This document shows, one piece after another, positions 19,087-27,767 of a DNA stretch of 56,967 nt. Within the stretch, counting starts at the first letter, position 1. The number at the start of each line of letters is the position of its first letter. Source of the stretch: a virus (Duplodnaviria; Caudoviricetes); IMG/VR virus record IMGVR_UViG_3300042524_000351, positions 1-56,967 of that record; one strand, given 5' to 3'. The translations under genes were made by a program, and so were the position numbers. Under the pieces are notes generated by a model that was not told where the DNA came from, searched no databases, and saw only the letters and a list, made by a program, of their open reading frames with translations.

Positions 19087-19343
19087 TTGGGCAGGTATCC
19101 GGAGACATGGGAAACAGCGATGGTGCGCGGACGGCCGTAGGTGACAGGATCGAGCACGCGAAGGGCATGGCCGCATTCATCGAGCACCTGATCGACGGGC
19201 ATGGTGAACTGCTTGGAGGCGGAGGTTTCCGCATCGTTCCAGTTCATGATCGTCTTGCCTTCCAGCAACAGTTCCTTCGCTCGATTCTGGATGGCCAGAA
19301 CTTCGGAAATCGTGAAACCGGTGATGAAGAGTCCTCGGGCCAT
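19083..19343 (-). CDS. Head completion protein (gpW-like)
   Basis: 86 aa directly upstream of portal as in lambda. Confidence 0.6.
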   Translation of the reverse strand: MARGLFITGFTISEVLAIQNRAKELLLEGKTIMNWNDAETSASKQFTMPVDQVLDECGHALRVLDPVTYGRPRTIAVSHVSGYLPK

Positions 19344-19355
19344 GGCAGTGTAAAA

Positions 19356-19790
19356 TCAGGAACCCCACCAGGTGGCATTGCGGGGACGGGTGTCGATATG
19401 GACGAAGCCGGACGACGGGTAGTAGCCGAGACCTCCGGTAAACTTGCCCTCCTTGCGCCACTGGAGCAGGCGCTCATAGACAAGGCGGGCGGCAACGCCA
19501 TCGATGGCGATGTCCAATGCGGTGAACTCAAGATGCTGGCTCATCGATGCACCACCGACTGCCCGGTTGTAATCGGGTGAGCGGTAGGAACTTAGAATGC
19601 GGCAAGGCTTGCCGAATGACTCGCGGAGTTCGTCCACAATGCGGAGCGTGGACACGATGCTTTTCCAGAGCCGTTTCGGGGGCTGGCTGTTCTTCACACC
19701 TTTTCGCTGCGCGGCGAAGTAGGATTCGAACTCGCGTGCGCCGAAGTGCTTAAATTCCTGGGATTCGAACCAGTCGCTGAACGTGCTCAT
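19356..19790 (-). CDS. Peptidase M15A family Zn peptidase, probable endolysin
   Basis: SSYRSPDYN, SQH-x6-D (SQHLEFTALD), GFVHID motifs. Confidence 0.85.
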   Translation of the reverse strand: MSTFSDWFESQEFKHFGAREFESYFAAQRKGVKNSQPPKRLWKSIVSTLRIVDELRESFGKPCRILSSYRSPDYNRAVGGASMSQHLEFTALDIAIDGVAARLVYERLLQWRKEGKFTGGLGYYPSSGFVHIDTRPRNATWWGS

Positions 19791-21610
19791 GTGTCCTCTT
19801 CCGAGGTGTCAACTGCTTGGGACGCGACAGCCTCCCGGCCTACGATCTTGAGCATGGTGGCGGCAGCGACTTGTTCCGCCTCGCAGTCGTAGTAGTGGTT
19901 CGGTCGGGAACCGATCCGCTCATACAGCCACTTGCCGTTTTTCTTGATCCGATGCTCGCTTTCCATCTGGGCGAGGTAGTCATCGTCGATGTCGTCGGGC
20001 ACTTCCCAGACCGGGCCGTCGTCGGGATTTTGATTCCGGCGCAAGCGGGCGAGCGTGTCCTTGATGTTGAGGTTGGACCAATAGAACACCGAGCAGGTTT
20101 GCCCCCGACCTAACACCACCTTGCGGCGAGGCGAATAGAATCGCTCCACCGACTTCCGGCCTTTGACCTTGTGGGTGAAGGTCGCCCGTTTGTCGCCCAT
20201 GAGTGCAGTCCATCCATGCGCCGCGCACTCGCGATAGACGTCATAGGTGGCATGGCCCGCGTCGATGAATACCAGGTTCGGATGAATGCCGAAGCGCTCT
20301 TGGACGGTTTGAACGTCGGTGAAGGTCAGGATCCGTTCGTTCCAAATCAGTCGGCTCGATCCGTCCTCGGCCCATGCGCGGACAACGAGGAACAAGTGAT
20401 CCATTTGGCAATCGACCGTGAGGATGCGGAGAGGACAGGCACATGGTTCGCCGGCCGGAACCAATCGCCCGTGTGCATCCACGCCTGCCTCGCCATCCCA
20501 AGTTTCACCTTTCAGATAGCCGCCCGGGACGATGTCGAGTTTGTAGTCCTCCAGATACTCACGCCATGCGAGAGCGAGACGCTTTTGATAAAACTGCTGG
20601 ATCAAGCTCACGTCGCCTTTGCGGGCGGCGGCCTTGGCGCGGAGATAGAGTTCGGCCAGACGGCCCCAGCTCATCGCGCACATGGCGTTCCAGTGGAACC
20701 CTGCGTTTTCCTTTGGTGCGTTCGGGTTGGTGGTGACGTAGCGACCCGTTAGATTCAGTTCGCGGCGGGTGCGGTCGCTGTCATCGAAGTAGTGGTTACA
20801 GGACGCGCAACGCATCGAGGTTGTGTCCCGGACCTTCTGGAAATCCCACTCGCCGGATTCGTCGCGGGCGTCCTTGCTCCATTCAACCTGCTCCCATTTG
20901 AATGGTTGGCGCTGGTGGCATTGCGGGCAGGTGAATGTCCACACCCGCATGTCGGTGGTTTCGTGTTTGCGGTGGGTGTCGTCATCATCCTCGCCGCCCT
21001 GACTCATGAACAGGCACTTGCCCAGCCAACCGAACGCGGTGACACGAGCTTCGGCTTCCGCCATATGGCCGACGGGCCAGCGCCATGTTTCGTCCCCGAT
21101 GAGCCAACGGATTGAACGTCGCTGAAGGTTTGTCTTGTTGTGAGCACCCAGCACCCAAAGCGTCATGCCGTTGGCGAAATGCACGGTGGCGAGTCGCTTC
21201 TTGTGGCGGTTGGCCGGGTAGAGGGCTTTCACCGGCCCGCATTCGTCGAAGAGTTTTTGGAGACGGCTTTCGCTTTGGTCCTTGGCGTCGTCGTCAGTTT
21301 GGTCGAGCCACAACGTCGGGCCTGGGTGGTTGGCGATGATGTGCGCGAGGCCAAGTTCACCGACGCTGGTTTTGCCGCTTTGGATCGCCGCGATGATGCT
21401 CACCAGGCGGATCTTCGGATCGACCAAGGCTTCCATCGGTTCGCGCATCCACGGCGAGTTGCCCGAGCGGAACCGTCCGGGGATGGGGGAATACGGGATC
21501 GAGGTGATGTGTTCCTCACACCACGCCCACGGCGGACGACGATCCGGTGGACGCCAGGCATTTCGCCAGATGCGTTCGAGTTTCCTGCGTGCTGGCTCGA
21601 CGGTTTTCAT
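19787..21610 (-). CDS. terL: Terminase large subunit (GpA family)
   Basis: AAIQSGKT Walker A, LIGDE Walker B, CPQC/CASC, TVDCQ and IDAG nuclease motifs, NHYYDC. Confidence 0.92.
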   Translation of the reverse strand: MKTVEPARRKLERIWRNAWRPPDRRPPWAWCEEHITSIPYSPIPGRFRSGNSPWMREPMEALVDPKIRLVSIIAAIQSGKTSVGELGLAHIIANHPGPTLWLDQTDDDAKDQSESRLQKLFDECGPVKALYPANRHKKRLATVHFANGMTLWVLGAHNKTNLQRRSIRWLIGDETWRWPVGHMAEAEARVTAFGWLGKCLFMSQGGEDDDDTHRKHETTDMRVWTFTCPQCHQRQPFKWEQVEWSKDARDESGEWDFQKVRDTTSMRCASCNHYFDDSDRTRRELNLTGRYVTTNPNAPKENAGFHWNAMCAMSWGRLAELYLRAKAAARKGDVSLIQQFYQKRLALAWREYLEDYKLDIVPGGYLKGETWDGEAGVDAHGRLVPAGEPCACPLRILTVDCQMDHLFLVVRAWAEDGSSRLIWNERILTFTDVQTVQERFGIHPNLVFIDAGHATYDVYRECAAHGWTALMGDKRATFTHKVKGRKSVERFYSPRRKVVLGRGQTCSVFYWSNLNIKDTLARLRRNQNPDDGPVWEVPDDIDDDYLAQMESEHRIKKNGKWLYERIGSRPNHYYDCEAEQVAAATMLKIVGREAVASQAVDTSEEDT

Positions 21611-22206
21611 TCGCCCTCATGCAGAATCGTCAACACCTCGTCGATGGCGCGGCGGGCTTCCTCCTGAATGCCGGTGGCGTCCAGTCCCGATAGAATCGGC
21701 GGCAATTCCTGCTCAAATTTCTTTCGGAGCATCGACGTTGCCTGCGCCACGAACTCAGTCCATGCCTGCCGGACTTCCTCGACGGCCACATAGTCACCGC
21801 GCCGGATACCGAGCCGCAGTTCCCGTTCTTCGACCTCCGCTAACAACTTGCGGGCTTTGAGTGACGATTCGATGTCACCGGGCTGTTCAATCTCGCCACC
21901 CTTGAGATCATTGCGACGCATGAACTCCCGCCACGCTGTCACGTCGTGTAGTCCGTTGGCTGCTGGCTTTGGCGCGTCCTTGCGCTTCTTCCATGTGTTG
22001 AGCGATTGGCGGGTGATTCCCAGAATGGCGGCCAGTTCGACGTAGCTCGGTGCGGTTGTTGGCGCGGCCCCTGTGCCGGTGGCCAGAGTTTGCAGCATGG
22101 CACGCTCGGCACGAGTCAGCTTGCCACCCTTCTGCACACGACCAACCAGATTGGCGAAGTCGCGGGAAAGTAGCTTTTTTGCGATGTCGGGTGATACGGC
22201 TTCCAT
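21607..22206 (-). CDS. terS: Terminase small subunit (Nu1-like)
   Basis: HTH (ELAAILGITRQSL) and coiled coil; coupled to terL. Confidence 0.75.
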   Translation of the reverse strand: MEAVSPDIAKKLLSRDFANLVGRVQKGGKLTRAERAMLQTLATGTGAAPTTAPSYVELAAILGITRQSLNTWKKRKDAPKPAANGLHDVTAWREFMRRNDLKGGEIEQPGDIESSLKARKLLAEVEERELRLGIRRGDYVAVEEVRQAWTEFVAQATSMLRKKFEQELPPILSGLDATGIQEEARRAIDEVLTILHEGE

Positions 22207-22220
22207 CCGCAGATTGCGGA
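22206..22220. promoter_or_regulatory. Palindromic operator-like site TCCGCA-GAT-TGCGGA
   Basis: Perfect 6-3-6 inverted repeat abutting the terS start; near copy at 22438-22452. Confidence 0.55.
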
Positions 22221-22235
22221 CACGTCAACCGGGCA

Positions 22236-22430
22236 TCACTTGCGCCCGCGCTTGGGTCGGATGATTTCTAGCATCATTTGAAGACCGAAACCCTGCGGCA
22301 TCGCCCGTTCCTGCTCCCAGTTCTCCAAGCTGCGTTTTGAAACCTTCAACGCCACGGCGGCGTCACGCTGGCTGTAACCGTTGCGGTCCCTCCATTTGCG
22401 GAGCAGTTGGGCGAAGGTTGTGTGATCCAT
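22236..22430 (-). CDS. Small XRE/Cro-like HTH regulator
   Basis: LRKWRDRNGYSQRDAAVALKVSKRSLENWEQ. Confidence 0.85.
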   Translation of the reverse strand: MDHTTFAQLLRKWRDRNGYSQRDAAVALKVSKRSLENWEQERAMPQGFGLQMMLEIIRPKRGRK

Positions 22431-22436
22431 GAAGCT

Positions 22437-22453
22437 ATCCGCAGACTACGGAT
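22437..22453. promoter_or_regulatory. Operator-like site ATCCGCAGACTACGGAT upstream of HTH gene
   Basis: 13/15 match to 22206-22220; followed by back-to-back TGTCAA-GG-TTGACT at 22468-22481. Confidence 0.55.
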
Positions 22454-22495
22454 GAACGCTGAGGCGGTGTCAAGGTTGACTCCCGGCACCGGACC

Positions 22496-23275
22496 ATGAG
22501 CATCCCTGTGCATTGCGCCCATACCACCCTTGTTGATCCGAACACGCTGAAACCGAACCCGGTCAACCCGAACCGACACAGCGCCCACCAGATCCAGCTT
22601 CTCGCGTCGATCATCCAGGAACAAGGCTGGCGCAATCCGGTCACTGTGTCGAAACGCTCAGGTCTGATCGTTCGTGGCCATGGCCGCTTGGAGGCTGCGC
22701 TCTTGATCGGTTGCGAGACGATCCCCGTGGACGAACAGGACTATGCGAGCGAAGCGGAGGAACTGGCCGACCTGCTTGCCGATAACCGCCTGTCTGAACT
22801 CGCCGAACTCGATGAAGACGATTTGCGGCGGGTGCTCAAATCCATCGCTGACGCCGACCCCGACTTCGACATCGAATTGACCGGCTTCATGGAGGACGAG
22901 ATCCGCAAGCTGATGGACGACGCAGGAAATCCCGAGGACGAACTCGAAACGATTCCCCGGATGGAATGCCAAGCATTCGAGACTCACGACTACCTCGTGT
23001 TCATGTTCCACGACCTGCGGGATTGGATGCAGGTGCTTCAACTCATGGGTGTGAGTGAGGTTGACTACTCGATCACCCGCAGAACCAAAAAAATCGGCAT
23101 TGGCCGTGTGCTCCATGGAAAACGACTCATTGAACTCTGCCGCCGCGCCAGCATGGCCGGAATTCCGCCCGTTGAAACTTCGTCTGGTGATTCTGTCCCG
23201 GAGCCGAAGCCGCTCGATCACGAGCCACAAGCTGTTCCCGACGGCGACGCTGCTCGTTCCCGTAAGCGAGGCTGA
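22496..23275 (+). CDS. ParB/Srx N-terminal domain protein
   Basis: LKPNPVNPNRH, IIQEQGWRNPV, GHGRLEAA, LADNRLSE. Confidence 0.88.
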   Translation: MSIPVHCAHTTLVDPNTLKPNPVNPNRHSAHQIQLLASIIQEQGWRNPVTVSKRSGLIVRGHGRLEAALLIGCETIPVDEQDYASEAEELADLLADNRLSELAELDEDDLRRVLKSIADADPDFDIELTGFMEDEIRKLMDDAGNPEDELETIPRMECQAFETHDYLVFMFHDLRDWMQVLQLMGVSEVDYSITRRTKKIGIGRVLHGKRLIELCRRASMAGIPPVETSSGDSVPEPKPLDHEPQAVPDGDAARSRKRG

Positions 23276-23906
23276 GCATTACCGCCACACCGGGCTTGAA
23301 ATCGAAACCATCCCCGATGAGATCGCCGGCATCAGCGCCGTGCGGAATTGGGTGCTGCGGCATTTCAAGGACGATGCCATCGTCATGCTCGACGATGATA
23401 TTTCCGCGTGCGTTTGCATGGTGTCCCTCCGGTGCCGGAAACTGTCCATCGCTGAAACGATTGCCATGCTTGAAAACTCGGCGTGGTGTGCGCGTGGGGC
23501 AGGGGCAAGGTTATTCGGATGGCACCAGCGCAGTGATCCGCGGCTTTTGCAACGCAACGATCCATTCGGCGTGAACCACTGGGTCGGTGGGGCGGTCGGC
23601 GTGGTGCGCGATGGAAAGGGCGGCGTGCCGAAGTGGGATGAACTTCTCAAATGCAAGTGCGACATCGACGCCACGTTGCAAGAACTGATGGACAACCGGC
23701 TTGTTTGGAATGAAGCGAGGTTCTGTTTTGTGCAGGAGCGCGACAAGAACCTCGGCGGCAACAGCCTGTTCCGCAGTGAGGAACGCATCGCCACCGAGAA
23801 GCGATACCTCAAGCGCAAGTGGAAGGCTCACATCCGTCTTGAAACCTACAAGAGCCAGGACCGCGTGGCGATGGACGCTCCACGTCGGCAATCGGTGAAG
23901 CTATGA
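23115..23906 (+). CDS. GT-A fold glycosyltransferase, TET-associated (TAGT/GREB1-like) family
   Basis: ILSRSR, GISAVRNW, VMLDDD (DxD), KCDIDATLQ, GGNS; follows ParB; start uncertain. Confidence 0.7.
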   Translation: MENDSLNSAAAPAWPEFRPLKLRLVILSRSRSRSITSHKLFPTATLLVPVSEAEHYRHTGLEIETIPDEIAGISAVRNWVLRHFKDDAIVMLDDDISACVCMVSLRCRKLSIAETIAMLENSAWCARGAGARLFGWHQRSDPRLLQRNDPFGVNHWVGGAVGVVRDGKGGVPKWDELLKCKCDIDATLQELMDNRLVWNEARFCFVQERDKNLGGNSLFRSEERIATEKRYLKRKWKAHIRLETYKSQDRVAMDAPRRQSVKL

Positions 23907-23963
23907 TAAATGGCGTCCAATACTGCTTTCACCTCGTGTGCCAAACTGACATTCTAGCAGACG

Positions 23964-24521
23964 ATGAGTTATCACTTACACACTAAGCGCGGATACTCCT
24001 TCCCTGGAGTGTCGAGCGCGATGCAGAAGGCGATCCGGCGCGGTGACGCAAAGCTGGCTGGCTATTGGGCACTCGAACTTTGGGCGAGCGGATTCGGCCA
24101 GTATGTCTGGCGGCGTCTGCTCACCGTGAGCGCGGAGGATTGTTGGGGAATCCTCACGGCGGAGGTCAAGGCGCTGCACGACAGCTACACCGAGATCAAC
24201 CGCAACAGTCCGGCGAAGACACCCAAAGGCCGCATCTTCATTTCCAAGGCTGTGATCCTGCTTTGCCTCGCCAAGAAGAGCCGCGACCCCGATCACCTTC
24301 AAAACTTCGTCTATGACCAGCAGGCTGGATTGGACCCTGAAACCCTCACCGATGAACTCGAACAGGCAGGCGAATACATCCCGATCCCTGACTACGCATA
24401 CGACTGCCACACGCCGCAGGGCCGCAAGATGGGCAAGACGAAAGCCGAGTTCTTCAAGGCAGAGCATGAAGCGCTCAATCCCTTCATTCCCGGCCTGTTC
24501 GATAACCTGATTGATTCCTGA
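23964..24521 (+). CDS. RarA/MgsA C-terminal-like domain protein without ATPase
   Basis: SAMQKAIRRGD, WRRLLTVSAED, IPDYAYDCHT. Confidence 0.75.
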   Translation: MSYHLHTKRGYSFPGVSSAMQKAIRRGDAKLAGYWALELWASGFGQYVWRRLLTVSAEDCWGILTAEVKALHDSYTEINRNSPAKTPKGRIFISKAVILLCLAKKSRDPDHLQNFVYDQQAGLDPETLTDELEQAGEYIPIPDYAYDCHTPQGRKMGKTKAEFFKAEHEALNPFIPGLFDNLIDS

Positions 24522-24544
24522 TAAACCACCAACCCCGAGATCCT

Positions 24545-24826
24545 ATGGGCATACACCTGATGCAACCCCGCTTCCCGCTTGGGAAGATTTACGCCACACC
24601 CGGAGCGCTTGCGCTGGATGTGGACCTGACGAAATACCTCCACCGTCACCATTGCGGCGATTGGGGCGAAGCGCTCTGCGCCGAAGACAAGCAGGCGAAC
24701 GAGCATTCGCTCAAGGATGGCACCCGCCTGCTGAGTTGTTATCGCACCACTGGCGGCGACCGTCTCTACATCATCACCGAGCATGATCGGAGCATGACGA
24801 CCTTGTTGCTGCCCAGCGAATACTGA
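24545..24826 (+). CDS. Conserved-looking small mobile-element protein
   Basis: FPLGKIYATPGA...RHHCGDWG...IITEHDRSMTTLLLPSEY; function unknown. Confidence 0.7.
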   Translation: MGIHLMQPRFPLGKIYATPGALALDVDLTKYLHRHHCGDWGEALCAEDKQANEHSLKDGTRLLSCYRTTGGDRLYIITEHDRSMTTLLLPSEY

Positions 24827-24835
24827 TGCGGCTCC

Positions 24836-25049
24836 GTTCAATCCGTATGCCAACGGTGCATTTCAGCGCCTAACGGCAGACTAACAAACGCGGATGGTGG
24901 ATGTGAGGGCCGACCATATTGCCATCCCTTGTGCGGGGGTCGTGTGTCCCTACGCCTGATTACGCGGCAATAAATCGCTCTGAAAAATGGTGCGGATGGC
25001 ACGCGACAAACGACGAAATTGACTGGCAGGAAGGAGGATGTCGGAACGC
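24836..25049. repeat. Intergenic repeat element, copy B
   Basis: 22-bp block identical to copy A and 27-bp CTGGCAGGAAGGAGGATGTCGGAACGC identical to copy C. Confidence 0.8.
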
Positions 25050-25955
25050 ACAACCCTCCGACCCACAGACACCATGAATGCCATTACCAAGCCAATGCTC
25101 GCCTCTAAGTGTGAGCGCCCCGACCTGCTCCCATTCCCCGTGCTCGCCACGCCCAAGCTCGACGGCATCCGCTGTCTCAAGCTCCGCGGCAAGGCGCTCA
25201 CGCGATCATTCAAACCAATCTCCAACCGATTCGCCCGCGAGTGGATCGAAGCCAACCTACCCGACGGCGTGGACGGCGAACTCATGCTGCGCGACGGCAC
25301 GTTCAGTGAAACCACCAGCGCGATTGGCCGTCGTGACGGCACACCTGACTTCGTCTTCCATATCTTCGATCACGTCATCGGCTCCATCGATTCTCCGTAT
25401 CACGAACGGATGGCTCATCTAGCCGAACTGCCTGATTCGGTACGCATCGTGAAGGTTCTGCCAATCCTCATACGCAACGTCGCCGAACTGACCACATACG
25501 AGGAAGAGTGCATCGCCGCCGGATACGAGGGTGTGATGGTCCGCACGCCGCATTCACCCTATAAGTGTGGACGTTCGACGGAGCGCGAAGCGTGGTTGCT
25601 CAAGATCAAACGCTTCGAGGATGCCGAAGCCGTGGTGCTTGAGCCTTACGAGGGCATGACCAATCAGAACGCCGCCGAACAGGACGCCTTCGGCAGAACG
25701 AAACGCAGCCTCGCCCAGGCTGGCATGATTGGCCGGGGAGAACTCGGCGGGTTCATTGTCCGCCACCTTTCGACCGGCGTGGAATTTCGGCTCGGATACA
25801 ACCATGTCGTCGGCGGCATCGACCGGGTGACTCTCTGGATGAAACGCGAAACCCTGATTGGCCGCGTGGTGAAGTTCAGCCACCAGCCAAGCGGTGCGAA
25901 AGAGGCACCACGGTTTCCGAAATTCATCGGCTTTCGGGAAGCATGGGACATGTGA
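25038..25955 (+). CDS. ATP-dependent DNA ligase
   Basis: PKLDGIR (KxDG), DGEL, YEGVMVR, LLKIK, PRFP. Confidence 0.92.
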   Translation: MSERTTLRPTDTMNAITKPMLASKCERPDLLPFPVLATPKLDGIRCLKLRGKALTRSFKPISNRFAREWIEANLPDGVDGELMLRDGTFSETTSAIGRRDGTPDFVFHIFDHVIGSIDSPYHERMAHLAELPDSVRIVKVLPILIRNVAELTTYEEECIAAGYEGVMVRTPHSPYKCGRSTEREAWLLKIKRFEDAEAVVLEPYEGMTNQNAAEQDAFGRTKRSLAQAGMIGRGELGGFIVRHLSTGVEFRLGYNHVVGGIDRVTLWMKRETLIGRVVKFSHQPSGAKEAPRFPKFIGFREAWDM

Positions 25956-25964
25956 TTTACGGCC

Positions 25965-26091
25965 CTGTTCAATCCGCATGCCAATGGCATCTAACGGTTT
26001 AAAATGGCTGATAAAAATGGTGCGAATTGGCGTGCGGATGGTGCGCGACAAACGACGCGGGTGGCTGGCAGGAAGGAGGATGTCGGAACGC
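25965..26091. repeat. Intergenic repeat element, copy C
   Basis: GTTCAATCCG, CTAACGG, AAAAATGGTGC, GCGACAAACGACG and 27-bp RBS/start block. Confidence 0.8.
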
Positions 26092-27081
26092 GCCACTCAT
26101 TGGCTCACCGGCCTCAGATTCCAACCAGATCCACAAATGAAGCCACAAGATCCCCAAGCCGAATCCATCACCTTCGGAGTTGAACTCGAAACCACCATCC
26201 CCGCCACCTCGGGAGTCGTAGTTGGTCCCTACCACGGTGGCAGCACGGTGCGCAACGGAGCGCATGTAGGAACCAATCTGCCCCTTGTGGCTCCGACCTA
26301 CAATGGCTCCCACTGGAAAGCCGAGCGCGACGGTTCCATCCGCGTCAACCCGGGCCGCATGGCCTGTGAGTTTGTTTCACCCATCCTCCAAGGCGGCGAC
26401 GGGGTGGAGCACCTGCTCCAATTCGTCGATTGGGCCAAAGTAATCGGGGCGAACGTGAACGGCTCATGCGGCGTCCATATCACAGTGGGCGTCAAATCCA
26501 TCATCGGCACGGACGACCCGCAAGCCATGAGCGAATACGGACGCAAGCTCGCCCACATCGCACGGTGGCACGCCATGAGCCTCTACGGCCAAACGGGAAC
26601 CGGACGCCACCTGAACCGATACAGCCACACTCTCGGCGACGATGTGGGAACACTGGTTCGCCAGATGGAACGCAACAGCAACCCTGCCAGGAAAGCCGAC
26701 GCCGCCAGCCGGTGCGGACGCGGGATGATCAATTTCAAAAAGCTCTTCACCCACGGAGTCATCGAATTTCGGGTCTTCGCGGGCACACTCAATCGCCACA
26801 AGCTCTTGCACCACCTTGCCACGGTGTTGGGCCTTTGCCGCCGCGCCGCCGAACTCGAATGCCTCGGTGCCTTCACGAAGAACAAGTCGCAGACGAAGCG
26901 CACGGCTACGGCGAAGGACGCACTCCGCTTTCTCTGGGATTACCTCGGATGGACCGGATCAAAGCGCCCCGTCGCCCTGGGTCTGGTCGGCCCCCTGCAT
27001 TCGGAGTTCAAGCACTACCGGAAGATCGCCGACCGGATGTGCCGCCGCTTCGATTCCCGCTTTCCCTACGCCAACCTCTAA
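26080..27081 (+). CDS. Putative amidoligase (COOH-NH2 ligase fold)
   Basis: TFGVELE, WKAERDGS, EFVSPIL, SCGVH, IEFR; start 26080 (after AGGAGG) or 26137. Confidence 0.85.
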   Translation: MSERATHWLTGLRFQPDPQMKPQDPQAESITFGVELETTIPATSGVVVGPYHGGSTVRNGAHVGTNLPLVAPTYNGSHWKAERDGSIRVNPGRMACEFVSPILQGGDGVEHLLQFVDWAKVIGANVNGSCGVHITVGVKSIIGTDDPQAMSEYGRKLAHIARWHAMSLYGQTGTGRHLNRYSHTLGDDVGTLVRQMERNSNPARKADAASRCGRGMINFKKLFTHGVIEFRVFAGTLNRHKLLHHLATVLGLCRRAAELECLGAFTKNKSQTKRTATAKDALRFLWDYLGWTGSKRPVALGLVGPLHSEFKHYRKIADRMCRRFDSRFPYANL

Positions 27082-27094
27082 CCAAACGAAAACC

Positions 27095-27736
27095 ATGTGT
27101 GTAATCCTAGTATGCCCCGCCGATGTGCGGCCTGATAGAAAAACCATTGATGCCTGCCACGAAGCGAACCCTCACGGTGCCGGTGTGGCGTGGCGGGAGG
27201 ATGGAGTGGTGCGTTGGTTCAAGGGACTCGAACCCGATGAACTAGCAAACCTGATCGCCGGACTCGACGGTGAAATCGTGATCCACTTCCGGTGGGCGAG
27301 CGTGGGGGAGGTCACGCCGAAACTGTGCCACCCGTTCCCAGTTTCCGCGAAAGCCACAACCCGCCTGTCCGGCAATGCCCGCGCCGTGCTGTTCCACAAC
27401 GGGACATGGAGCCAGTGGCGCGAGACCCTGCGGCGGATGCCCCGGCACCGGATACCCGACGGCCTGTTGTCTGATACCCGCGTTGCCGCGTCCGTGGTCG
27501 ATCTCTGCGGCATGGACACGCTCGACCGGCTTCCGGGCAGGTGGGTGTTCTTCGACCGCGATTTCACCGAACTCTACGGCGACTGGCGCGAGTGGCGCGG
27601 CATGCATGCGAGCAACCTCGGATTCACCTACGGCCTGAACACGCGACCCACTCTTTTTGCGCCAAAGCATACGCAGTCTGCGGATAGCCAGCCCTATCTC
27701 GATTTCTCGGACACCTGCGGCAACTCGGACACCTGA
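27095..27736 (+). CDS. Class II glutamine amidotransferase (Ntn hydrolase)
   Basis: N-terminal MC, NPHGAG, HFRWAS, HPF, HNG, SDT. Confidence 0.85.
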   Translation: MCVILVCPADVRPDRKTIDACHEANPHGAGVAWREDGVVRWFKGLEPDELANLIAGLDGEIVIHFRWASVGEVTPKLCHPFPVSAKATTRLSGNARAVLFHNGTWSQWRETLRRMPRHRIPDGLLSDTRVAASVVDLCGMDTLDRLPGRWVFFDRDFTELYGDWREWRGMHASNLGFTYGLNTRPTLFAPKHTQSADSQPYLDFSDTCGNSDT

Positions 27737-27767
27737 GCCAGCCGCATGTGCCCACTCCAACGAAACC

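Noticed and set aside
23946-23966. CTGACA 12 nt before the RarA-C-like start
   Set aside because: One mismatch and shorter spacing, so not counted among the 18 motif copies
25894-26079. N-terminal extension of the amidoligase ORF
   Set aside because: Runs through the ligase 3' end and repeat copy C; a better start follows AGGAGG at 26080
1517-26091. Repeat element as CRISPR array or IS ends
   Set aside because: Only three dispersed copies, no regular spacers, no cas or transposase genes, no terminal inverted repeats
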